A stretch of 60,646 nt of DNA from Candidatus Aenigmatarchaeota archaeon. GTDB taxonomy: Archaea; Aenigmatarchaeota; Aenigmatarchaeia; QMZP01; QMZT01. The stretch spans positions 1 through 60,646 of the forward strand of contig JAGGYQ010000022.1 in assembly GCA_021162425.1 (NCBI GenBank), in the 5' to 3' direction. The notes beneath the pieces were generated by a model. The model saw only the letters and a list, made by a program, of their open reading frames with translations. It was not told where the DNA came from and did no database searches. This document shows positions 37,601-43,652 of this stretch, piece by piece (the stretch's first letter is position 1; each line of letters opens with the position of its first letter). Both the position numbers and the translations under genes were made by a program.

Positions 37601-39161
37601 AAGACAACCAGAGGTCTGCAACGGGATAGACGACGATTGCGATGGAGTGATAGATAATTTATGGGGAACATATTCCAACAAATTCTGCGGCTGTTACAAC
37701 GGTGAGCCGAAAAAAGAAGAGATATGCAACGGAATAGATGACGACTGCGACGGAATAATAGATGATGGCCTTTCAAACTGTGGATGCTCGTTTGATACAA
37801 TTGTCAATGCAACGAATATAAACAGAATGGCCTCTTTGATAAACACAAAAAGGATGTCCGAAGAGGTATGTAACAACATAGATGACAATTGCGACGGTAT
37901 AATAGATAATGTCAACAAAACGCAGTCATGTTTTTGTTCAGGCGGGTTTGAAGGCAATCCGCTTAATAGGATAGAGTTTTGCAACGGGATAGACGACGAC
38001 TGCGACGGAATAATAGACGATGTCAGCAATCCAGAGACATGTGGCTGTTATCAGGGTGAACAGCCATCTGCAGAAGTGTGTGACGGGGTGGACAACGATT
38101 GCGATGGGCTGGTTGACGAGGATTGGCCAGAACTCGGGTCTGCATGTGGCTATGGCGCATGTAAAGGCGGTGTGTTCGTATGCTCGGATGACAAGCAAGG
38201 TGTTGTCTGTTCAACAGGGCCTGGCGGGCCCGAAGACAAATCCAGCGAGGAGATATGCGGGGATGGAATAGACAACGACTGTGACGGGGCGATAGACGAA
38301 TCATGCGAATGCGATGTCGTAGGAAAAACCAAGGAATGTGGAACAGATGTTGGCGAATGTAAAAAGGGTGTGCAGACATGCACGGATGACGGCTGGGGAC
38401 CGTGTGTAGGCTCGGTAGGGCCACAGCCAGAGGTCTGCGACGGAAAGGACAACGACTGCGATGGGGTGATAGATAATTCGCCCTATTGCGGATGCTACGG
38501 TGACAAGAACCCGGCCACCGAAATCTGCAACGGAATAGACGATGACTGCGACGGGATTGTTGATAACGTAAATGGTGGCTCCTCTGTGGAATCAACCAAG
38601 TGCGGTTGCTATGGCATGCAGTTCGGAAAGGGAGCAAAAACAGAAATATGCAACGGGATAGATGACGACTGCGACGGAACGATAGATAATGTTAAGGGCG
38701 GTTCATCTGTTGCAGCTACGCGATGCGCGTGCTATAATGGCGGACAGCCGTCCGTCGAAACCTGCAACGGAATAGACGATGACTGCGACGGAATAATAGA
38801 CGAGGATTGGCCAACGCTAGGCAAGCCGTGTGGAGAGGGCATATGTGCAGGTGTATATGTTTGTTCGGAGGATGGGAAGACAGTAGTATGTAATGGGGCA
38901 GAGCCTGAGGTCGAAATATGCGACGGAAAGGACAACGACTGCGACGGGGCGATTGACGAAGGTTGCTTTGGAGCCGGAGTGAGCAGTTGCGAAAACGGTG
39001 TGCAGGACGGGGACGAAGAGGGGGTTGACTGCGGTGGCACATGCCCGAATCCGTGTGCTCCTGTCAAGCAAATGCCCATTAGTGGAGAATGGATAATGGT
39101 ATTCATAGCGATAGTTGTAATAATCGTTATTCTGGGATTCGCTCTCATGTATTTCAAATAA
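31656..39161 (+). CDS. giant (2501 aa) doubly membrane-anchored extracellular multidomain protein
   Basis: N-terminal signal anchor 'IIVLLSSLFILGIYFVLL'. Then a Gly linker and Cys knot, a Hint domain, a PA14-like segment ('FRIYPDDGARIFV'), 6 CNGIDDDCDG repeats, DUF2341-like and LamG-like modules, and 15 more repeats. It ends with 'DCGGTCPNPC' and the C-terminal TM 'WIMVFIAIVVIIVILGFALMYF'. Confidence 0.85.
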   Translation: MESQLLYMDRADLKKIIVLLSSLFILGIYFVLLPAPVTSYESTIPTIRTTFPVNNDLSEKVGRETMGLVVAGEPIKKDVNLTFNYPFPLGFGEANITATVTDSSGNVVFEKTLWLIPFLERWGIVKNKKYVYKPDYFNFSIIVKGANVTYAPKKFEAVVVQRLREPDVNDESDCNGKWKIWGRVIKGKEEAQVKDHYCSGPWDFNELGIGYTCSNMAGWEGSGGGGGETCFGDGEPCQTNEDCCQGCFCIRGTCHCPEPEASFLPGTKISLHHGTKNIEFIRTGDKVLSFDNGKIVVKKVSSVRSPIRTDHYYVLRTKNREVEVTENHEFYTPEGFRKVSEINVGDDVYVLEGNKLATEKIIFKKIIHRPVNVYDFEVEGTHTFFANGFAVHNDASVGIIKGAWDNNGKAWESSVQENTLLYFEVGDSKHVPNEPAPNKGIDGIEWKTAHSWKLETYIHPARSVGSEDFRIYPDDGARIFVYHLNLNNGEWEQVFNTSCLLSDRYAQGKSTGCVVKGFKITDTGEKSWYKFDVYLYNDPGGRTGSGEEDTNPLGIRIEDKQATDNSLFDLFSSKDKRVCISSEAPGADGAEIKTVGSVFGNQGLVEVRDLTMPSTDFELKNPKCGDDVICDLRAACGSDEYEGLETTKYGWIINHRIYPESWEKRETAVKRRGYIEANGKKIKFDPSSLKRANRRRFIPPDVKYSGGIYKCRKNWPAWEYECNAGDRYSYKRGSDEIKCCYVSEFDINPDDSITLNNYESGYEYIINFLPPKGSKLCAIAETKSGSPQEIYKAHYTNQLCDTKTGENCCYCRKGYGCKLNCLNENEEPGYSFALPFDTSGQTWEIKNIGIEILPEPAGVVDLNAEGNAKDGWKITAKISESAQNLLYRNFTIPINLYDDFGIIAPEKHGRYNLKIKVTYAGQPSYARYENLTTFYSVGCTKENESRLFYNETLYPGTKGIGACKPGKQICHDLSRYPAYVDFEWEYENTHDYPVYPTNETCNGIDDDCNGLVDDIGGFDWIINQMVSTGVFSPYKITKCGCFETQPSVETCNGIDDDCDGVIDNKKKTIFVNTCDESVINCTNQGNPYTFCKQLYNSSLCELREVEINIPKNLTINTCTEKVRKCMENEHIKRVSFFAKAMKTKYTYDECKHLYDDVSCILENVYINVLGDTCACSNGGQPSVETCNGIDDDCDGIIDDVSNPETCGCSYLTDIAEIEENKKNGDYSCNGIDDDCDGIIDEDAANCACARRPPAEVRNIKNKVREMCDGIDNDCDGLVDEDFPEIGKPCGYGLCSGGVYVCNVHGDEAVCNTTVNPDETFSGNAMKLSHEEVCDLKDNDCDYSIDEDCECTPEGAVKVCGYQSGIYYRDKQNLDNVCNEVIEKLKKLITWAEAPENVKYRRLITVENTEDVYLKNYPVMISLNTAMLKNYGRVRRDGGDIRIVPEGEETYLDWANATKFNWPKTDIWFRADIRPHELKKFYVYYGNPTATYKPKQISEILGIPYERGVFLLCHFDNSSACEGNMVPEHEKRAYFTYGKYDLGVVVNDLGVLSYPTSENFNKNRGTIEVWVKPDDFEETHYIFYSEDFYGNPQFKIYFNASGLFFDVYDRQGDMHRVNGSGLTLGRWGHIAASWDTLHGMNLYINGRLVDSKEITWNMNDIGLDVYIGCNSTGSARSPVMDELVIRSQMLSEEKIRTDMRYYEPSVLLGPEETLNQTKTTSSNIDIFRKCNEMLENVTTSGDERKATILSLCDSVRICNKTDFPINPISECTFGVQECLNGVWGSCSGVQPKTEICNQKDDDCNGVVDDILFPETCACSNGGQPSVETCNGIDDDCDGIVDNVMGGNSVESTHCGCFNQTVNITQRHAEPEEACNGIDDNCNGIIDEGLDNCACEGTVFSPYNNTWAQAISVETCNGIDDDCDGVIDNPWQKNGSQATKFKYLGASCSMVNSRCVGGVYVCSLDGKSLECNTMSDNALGGEDKRQPEVCNGIDDDCDGVIDNLWGTYSNKFCGCYNGEPKKEEICNGIDDDCDGIIDDGLSNCGCSFDTIVNATNINRMASLINTKRMSEEVCNNIDDNCDGIIDNVNKTQSCFCSGGFEGNPLNRIEFCNGIDDDCDGIIDDVSNPETCGCYQGEQPSAEVCDGVDNDCDGLVDEDWPELGSACGYGACKGGVFVCSDDKQGVVCSTGPGGPEDKSSEEICGDGIDNDCDGAIDESCECDVVGKTKECGTDVGECKKGVQTCTDDGWGPCVGSVGPQPEVCDGKDNDCDGVIDNSPYCGCYGDKNPATEICNGIDDDCDGIVDNVNGGSSVESTKCGCYGMQFGKGAKTEICNGIDDDCDGTIDNVKGGSSVAATRCACYNGGQPSVETCNGIDDDCDGIIDEDWPTLGKPCGEGICAGVYVCSEDGKTVVCNGAEPEVEICDGKDNDCDGAIDEGCFGAGVSSCENGVQDGDEEGVDCGGTCPNPCAPVKQMPISGEWIMVFIAIVVIIVILGFALMYFK
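32439..32834 (+). other. mini Hint / bacterial-intein-like (BIL) domain, aa 262-393 of the giant protein
   Basis: Block A 'SFLPGTKI', block B 'TENH' (TxxH), block F 'VYDFEVEGTHTFFANG', block G 'FAVHN'. No endonuclease insert. The residue after HN is Asp. Confidence 0.7.
34650..35700 (+). repeat. coding repeat array 1: 6 copies of C-[ND]-G-x-D-[DN]-[DN]-C-[DN]-G (MopE-like putative metal-binding motif)
   Basis: Counted in the translated ORF (ETCNGIDDDCNGLVDD ... EVCDLKDNDCDYSIDED). Confidence 0.8.
35169..35280 (+). repeat. hub of perfect intragenic DNA repeats (matches three distant segments)
   Basis: 35169-35227 equals 37095-37153 (59/59). 35187-35251 equals 38739-38803 (65/65). 35229-35280 equals 37998-38049 (52/52). 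All compared base by base. Confidence 0.9.
35850..36745 (+). other. DUF2341-like plus LamG/concanavalin-like module of the giant protein
   Basis: 'YRRLITVENTEDVYLKNYPVMISL...DGGDIRIV...FYVYYGNP' is DUF2341-like. 'RGTIEVWVKPDD...GRWGHIAASWD...LYINGRLV...MDELVIRS' is LamG-like. Confidence 0.6.
37095..37153 (+). repeat. 59-bp perfect copy of 35169-35227
   Basis: Base-by-base comparison. The flanking bases differ. Confidence 0.9.
37998..38049 (+). repeat. 52-bp perfect copy of 35229-35280
   Basis: Base-by-base comparison. Both copies encode DCDGIIDDVSNPETCGC. Confidence 0.9.
38739..38803 (+). repeat. 65-bp perfect copy of 35187-35251
   Basis: Base-by-base comparison. Both copies encode GGQPSVETCNGIDDDCDGIID. 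Confidence 0.9.
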
Positions 39162-39199
39162 AAACATCCGCTTATAGTCTCTTTACATGCTACAACAAA

Positions 39200-39685
39200 T
39201 CACGGCATTTCAATATCAGAAAGTATTTTTAGATAGGTATCGAGCCTTTTAATCTGCGCTTCAAGCGAAACTACAGCCTTTAGAACATCTGCCTTTTCCT
39301 TGCCCTTAAGTCTGCTTAAAATCTTCTTGTAACGCTGCAGGTCGTTAAGAGAATCCCCAATGCTTTTCGATATTCTCATGAGAAATATATTTTTCAATGT
39401 AAAGAGAAGGTCTCCGTTGAGACGTATATAGAGCTTTCTATCTGTCGGCTTTTTTACTTTCTTTATAATACCCAGCAGTTCAAGAAAGTCAAGACTTATG
39501 GATATCATTGAGGTCGAGTAACCTGTTTTTCTTGCCAAATCTTTCAGGGAAAGCATCTTGTCATAGACAAAAAGTGCAGCTATGATATTTCCGTGAATGG
39601 GGGAGAATCCCATAGTTTTCGTGATTTCCGTAAATGTATTGAATATGCTCTTTTCCACCTCTTTTATCTTTTCTGATTCCGTCAT
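39200..39685 (-). CDS. winged-helix transcription regulator (MarR/TrmB-like)
   Basis: 'HGNIIAALFVYDKMLSLKDLARKTGYSTSMISISLDFLELLGIIKK'. The first ATG is at 39685, about 30 nt downstream of a TATA-rich tract; the track start at 39712 is GTG. Confidence 0.7.
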   Translation of the reverse strand: MTESEKIKEVEKSIFNTFTEITKTMGFSPIHGNIIAALFVYDKMLSLKDLARKTGYSTSMISISLDFLELLGIIKKVKKPTDRKLYIRLNGDLLFTLKNIFLMRISKSIGDSLNDLQRYKKILSRLKGKEKADVLKAVVSLEAQIKRLDTYLKILSDIEMP

Positions 39686-39706
39686 GCCAAAACCTTTATT
39701 AGAATA

Positions 39707-39760
39707 TCCCACCCAAATTTATATATATTTAAAACTTTTTAAAAATATTAATAGGTGGGA
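39707..39760. promoter_or_regulatory. divergent promoter region: 7-bp inverted repeat TCCCACC / GGTGGGA bracketing 40 bp of pure A/T
   Basis: Read directly from the sequence. The right arm doubles as a GGTG Shine-Dalgarno sequence 3-9 nt upstream of ATG 39763. Confidence 0.3.
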
Positions 39761-39762
39761 AA

Positions 39763-41436
39763 ATGGTCAAAAGGAAAGTCAGACAAGCTTCGAGGCCAAA
39801 AAGTGCAAGCGAGACCAAACTTTTTGAATCCCTTCTCAAACAGGCTTCATCTGGGTATGCAAAAGAACTCCCAAACAGAACAATTTCTATCTGTCCTGAG
39901 TGTCTTGAGATCATACCTGCCGTAATATTCGAAGAAAAAGATAAGGTCATGCTCCTTAAAAAATGTCCAAAACATGGGGTCTTCAAAGAAGTTTATTGGG
40001 CATCTGTTGAGATGTATAATAATGCAAGAAGATTCGCCTACGACGGGAAGGGTGTGGAAAACCCGCACGTTAAGAAAGCGAACCCTGCATGCCCAAAAGA
40101 TTGTGGTTTGTGTTCTCTTCATAAGAGCCACACAGCTCTTGCAAATCTTGTGGTCACCAACAGGTGTGACCTCAACTGCTGGTATTGTTTCTTCTTGGCA
40201 GGTAAGGCAGGGTATGTTTATGAACCGACACTCGAACAGCTGAGGCAGGCTGTTCGTCTTGTTACACAAGAACAGCCAGTAAAATGTAACGCGATACAAA
40301 TAACAGGCGGTGAGCCAAGCCTCAGGGAAGATATAATTGATATAATAAATATGATAAGAGAGGAGGGTGTTGACCATATCCAATACAACACGAACGGTAT
40401 AAAGCTGGCAAATGATCCTGATTTCGCTGCGAAACTCAGGGAAGCGGGGGTGAATACGCTTTACTTGAGTTTTGATGGTGTAACACCAAAGACAAACCCA
40501 AAGAACCATTACGAAATCCCCTATGTTCTTGAAAATTCGAGAAAATCAGGACTTGGAATCGTTCTTGTCCCGACTGTGATAAAGGGTGTAAACGACCACG
40601 AGATAGGCGACATCATAAGATTCGGATTCAAAAACATGGACGTTGTTCGCGGTGTGAACTACCAACCCGTTTCGCTTGTTGGTCGTATGCCGAGGTCACA
40701 CAGAGAAAAACACAGGATAACCATACCTGAGGTTATACAGAGAATAGAAGAGCAGACAAACGGTGAAATAACAAAGGAAGATTTTTACCCTGTCCCTTCT
40801 GTGAAAGCAATAACAGATTTTGTCGAAGCATTAACTCATAAGGCACAATACTCTTTGTCTGCTCATTTCGCCTGTGGCATGGCGACATATGTTTTTAATG
40901 AAGACGGACGAATGGTACCCATCACAAAATTTGTTGACGTCGAGGGCATTTTCGAATATCTCGAAGAAAAGGCATGTGAGCTAAACAAAGGTAAAAGCAG
41001 ACTCATCATAGGGCTAAAACTTCTGTGTAAATTGAATTCATTCATAGACAAAAAGAAAGCCCCAAAAGGCTTCTCGCTCTCAAAAATCCTTTACAACGCC
41101 CTTATGAAACACGATTACCGGGCGCTCGGGGCGTTCCATCACCATTCGCTTTTCATAGGTATGATGCACTTCCAGGATTTATACAACTATGATGTTAACC
41201 GGGTGAAGAGATGCGTGATACATTACACCACGCCAGAAGCGGTTATGCCGTTCTGTACGTTCAACGTCATTCCAGAATGGTACAGAGAAAAAGTTCAGAA
41301 AAAATACTCCATTCCTGTCAAAGACTGGGAGAAAAAACACGGAAAACTCGAAAATTTACTTTATAAGAGGAACATCGAAAAGCTTTCAAGCACAGAGATA
41401 TACAGAAAAACATACGAAGGTTTTTTGAGACAATAA
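39763..41436 (+). CDS. radical SAM protein of the MJ0619 / tetraether lipid synthase (Tes, GDGT-MAS)-like type
   Basis: N-terminal rubredoxin-like 'CPEC...CPKHG', an extra cluster motif 'CPKDCGLC', radical SAM 'NRCDLNCWYC', 'ITGGEPSLR', and a long C-terminal domain. Family assignment is by recollection of this architecture, not by search. Confidence 0.6.
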   Translation: MVKRKVRQASRPKSASETKLFESLLKQASSGYAKELPNRTISICPECLEIIPAVIFEEKDKVMLLKKCPKHGVFKEVYWASVEMYNNARRFAYDGKGVENPHVKKANPACPKDCGLCSLHKSHTALANLVVTNRCDLNCWYCFFLAGKAGYVYEPTLEQLRQAVRLVTQEQPVKCNAIQITGGEPSLREDIIDIINMIREEGVDHIQYNTNGIKLANDPDFAAKLREAGVNTLYLSFDGVTPKTNPKNHYEIPYVLENSRKSGLGIVLVPTVIKGVNDHEIGDIIRFGFKNMDVVRGVNYQPVSLVGRMPRSHREKHRITIPEVIQRIEEQTNGEITKEDFYPVPSVKAITDFVEALTHKAQYSLSAHFACGMATYVFNEDGRMVPITKFVDVEGIFEYLEEKACELNKGKSRLIIGLKLLCKLNSFIDKKKAPKGFSLSKILYNALMKHDYRALGAFHHHSLFIGMMHFQDLYNYDVNRVKRCVIHYTTPEAVMPFCTFNVIPEWYREKVQKKYSIPVKDWEKKHGKLENLLYKRNIEKLSSTEIYRKTYEGFLRQ

Positions 41437-41779
41437 CATACGTGATTAACGAAATTTTGCCGTAGGCGAAACTTCAGTTAATGCGAAGTTATGTGTTTTT
41501 TTCTGCAAGAAAAAATGCTGACTAAAAGGAGGCATGATATACGCAGGGTAAAGTTTAGTACTTATATGGTTCTGGAATAGTATATGGTGGAGATAGAGGT
41601 TGAAACATTGGTTTAATAGGATATTGTCTTACCAATTTCATCATTTTTCAAAATTAGCTAAATTTGCTTGTGCATTTTTCCAGCGTTGAGAATCTTCTAA
41701 TTTTTCTTCTATGGTTTTCATAAACTCTATTAAACACACTCAAATATAAAAAACTTGCCTGAGTAAGATTGCGCATAAC

Positions 41780-41838
41780 ATATGCCGTTAAGCGAAGGCC
41801 GAGGATTGCGAAGGCAACCGCAGAAGTTACGAGCCAGC
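41780..41838. repeat. left arm of imperfect inverted repeats flanking the AT-rich island
   Basis: ATATGCCGTTAAGCGA (41780-41795) and ACGAGCCAGC (41829-41838) both recur reverse-complemented on the right side. Confidence 0.4.
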
Positions 41839-41876
41839 ACAATATTTATAAAAATTAAGTTTCTTATTTCCTTATT

Positions 41877-42545
41877 ATGGTATTAAGAGTTAGTTTAATT
41901 GGCGCAGGAAACATAAGATATCACTACTATAATCTACTCAAAATAAATGAAGAAGAATTTAAAAAAGAAATAGAGAAAATAGCAAAAACTTTAGCTAATA
42001 GTGGTTATGAAATTGTTTTGCTTCCTGATAGAGGAATATCTTTTGAAATTGCTAAAGAATTTAAAAAATTAAGTAAGGGAAAAGTTATTGGAACAGTTCC
42101 CTTATCTGATAAAGATTTTGGAATAAACCACTTGAAGCCTTATGTGGGAGCAGAAGTTAATGGAAGAAAAGTTTTTGATGAATTTATTGATACAAACAAT
42201 TGGTATAAGCAGGACTTAACACATTGTATTTTTGGAGATGTTATTTTAATGTTAGGTAATAGCTTGGGTTCTTTAGGAGAGTTAGTTTATGGATTTTACT
42301 TGTACAAATTATTTATAGGAGATAAACCTGAAGTAAAAGCAAAAAGAAAGGCAATACATCCAGAAGCAAGAGCAGGGGAAAAGGTTCCTTTTTCTGTTGT
42401 AGTTTATGAACCTTTTATTAAAGAAAGATTGAACTTTGAGATTGAAGCATACATAAAAAAATTAAATGGAAACATATATTATGTTAAGAATTCTGAAGAA
42501 TTAAAAGAAGTTCTAGAAAAGATAAAAGCGCTGGCTCGTGATTGA
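41877..42545 (+). CDS. Rossmann-fold protein of the LOG / TIGR00725-like type, on a compositionally foreign segment
   Basis: 'VSLIGAGN' and 'LMLGNSLGSLGELVYG' (compare the PGGxGTxxE motif of LOG-like proteins). Markedly A/T- and AAA/ATA/TTA-codon-rich relative to its neighbours. Confidence 0.45.
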   Translation: MVLRVSLIGAGNIRYHYYNLLKINEEEFKKEIEKIAKTLANSGYEIVLLPDRGISFEIAKEFKKLSKGKVIGTVPLSDKDFGINHLKPYVGAEVNGRKVFDEFIDTNNWYKQDLTHCIFGDVILMLGNSLGSLGELVYGFYLYKLFIGDKPEVKAKRKAIHPEARAGEKVPFSVVVYEPFIKERLNFEIEAYIKKLNGNIYYVKNSEELKEVLEKIKALARD

Positions 42546-42616
42546 ATATAACAGGAATTAAACGGTTCCGAAGTCTTCAGATTTCTATCCAAACCCTGCG
42601 TCGCTTAATCGTATAT
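42530..42616. repeat. right arm of imperfect inverted repeats flanking the AT-rich island
   Basis: GCTGGCTCGT (42530-42539) is the reverse complement of 41829-41838 (10/10). TCGCTTAATCGTATAT (42601-42616) is the reverse complement of 41780-41795 at 13/16 positions. Confidence 0.4.
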
Positions 42617-42959
42617 TGCTCGGCATTTTGAGGGAATATTTGAATTGCAACAATGCGTTTGTTGGTGTCATGCTAGGGTATGCGTTGCCTTTACCAAGAC
42701 ACTGTTGGAGATAGTAGAAGAAATGAAAGATATAGGAAATGCTGTAAAAGAAGTCAGAAAATTTGCAAAGAATATAGTATTGACAGAAGTTGTGCCCTCC
42801 TAAGTTAAATCGAGACTTAAAAATTATGATCTTCCCGATGATGAGGGAAGGGCAAGAGCAATAGTTAAGGTTATATCTGGTCTTTCAATACCAGTTGTAG
42901 CTACTGGAATCCCTCATTTTTCAAAAGTTCTATCTTTATCAAAAACTTTAAAATTATAA
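42609..42959 (+). pseudogene. possible decayed gene: a single frame without a start codon, interrupted by TAA at 42801
   Basis: The frame reads '...EIVEEMKDIGNAVKEVRKFAKNIVLTEVVPS*VKSRLKNYDLPDDEGRARAIVKVISGLSIPVVATG...'. No family recognised. Confidence 0.2.
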
Positions 42960-43043
42960 AACAATCGTTCCCTATAAACCTGCCCGTTCCGAAAATACAG
43001 GATTGGCAAACTATTAATTCTAAAAAGAAAGGGAGTGAAAAAA

Positions 43044-43331
43044 ATGGCTCAGGGAATATCTCTGGATGAATACAAAAGGGCGTATAGAGAAATAAGAAAA
43101 GAAGAAAAAATAGGATTCTTGGTGCATTTGGTGGTGTATGTCTTGGTTAATGCCATGTTGATAGCTATTAACTTCATATATTCTCCAGAAGCAATTTGGT
43201 TCTTTTATCCCCTTATAGGATGGGGAATTGGAATATCAATGCATTACCTATTTGGTGTTCGTTGGCTAGAGAAATCGCTCAAGGAAAAAGAAGCCAAGGC
43301 TGAATATAGGGCAAGGGAGACAAAGAAATAA
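43044..43331 (+). CDS. 2TM-domain membrane protein
   Basis: 'FLVHLVVYVLVNAMLIAINF...WFFYPLIGWGIGISMHYLF' matches the 2TM pattern. The ATG at 43044 is preceded by GGGAGTG. Confidence 0.7.
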   Translation: MAQGISLDEYKRAYREIRKEEKIGFLVHLVVYVLVNAMLIAINFIYSPEAIWFFYPLIGWGIGISMHYLFGVRWLEKSLKEKEAKAEYRARETKK

Positions 43332-43477
43332 TGGCATCCCTGCTTGCGAACTTTTTTCTAGGCTTAATTCCTCCCGCTTATAACTCCAAAATTCCATTAA
43401 GGGAACTTCAAATAGAGCTGTGTGTCATACCAACAATAAATTAATATATTTAAAACCACTAAAGAAGATTATCGTAA

Positions 43478-43604
43478 CGCCCCGGTAGTCTAGTCCGGTC
43501 AAGGATACCGGCCTTTCGAGTGGGCTTCGCCCTGACTTGAAAGGTTCGATGGCGAGAGCCGATGAAGACAGCCGAAGACCCGGGTTCAAATCCCGGCCGG
43601 GGCA
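43478..43604 (+). tRNA. tRNA-Glu (anticodon TTC) with a 52-nt canonical (37/38) intron at 43518-43569
   Basis: Acceptor GCCCCGG/CCGGGGC plus A73. Anticodon loop CTTTCG|A. BHB central helix CUUU (43512-15) / GAAG (43564-67), with 3-nt bulges CGA and ACA. T arm CCGGG-TTCAAAT-CCCGG. Confidence 0.9.
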
Positions 43605-43652
43605 TTTCTAATTCTGCAAAACCTAAAAAATCTACTGGGCAAATTTAATTAT

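Larger units (their letters stand above)
37030..38960 (+). repeat. coding repeat array 2: 15 copies of the CNGIDDDCDG-type motif
   Basis: Counted in the translated ORF. Several units are followed by 'GxCxGGVYVC' hairpin-like modules. Confidence 0.8.

Noticed and set aside
34650-38960. Periodic near-identical DNA segments that could be mistaken for a CRISPR array
   Set aside because: The repeats are in-frame coding units of one 7.5-kb ORF. Spacing is irregular (about 60 to over 400 bp), identity decays gradually, and there are no constant-length unique spacers. No cas genes lie adjacent.
38023-39167. Cluster of long minus-strand ORFs (204, 141, 116, 108 and 100 aa) in the 3' repeat array
   Set aside because: They are antisense to the in-frame CNGIDDDCDG repeats. 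Their low-complexity Ser/Pro/Arg/His-rich translations are what the reverse strand of GAC/GAT/TGC-rich repeats gives, and they are mutually overlapping.
41654-41842. 62-aa minus-strand ORF (TTG start) in the left flank of the AT-rich island
   Set aside because: It has a non-ATG start located inside the inverted-repeat arm, no motif, and lies in a region that otherwise looks decayed. It is kept only as part of the island observation.
41437-41876. Possible structured RNA gene (SRP RNA, RNase P RNA or a C/D box sRNA) in the gene-free flank
   Set aside because: I could not find the conserved RNase P or SRP motifs. An ATGATGA C-box-like heptamer on the minus strand has no CTGA D box at the right distance. 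A covariance-model scan would be needed to exclude this properly.
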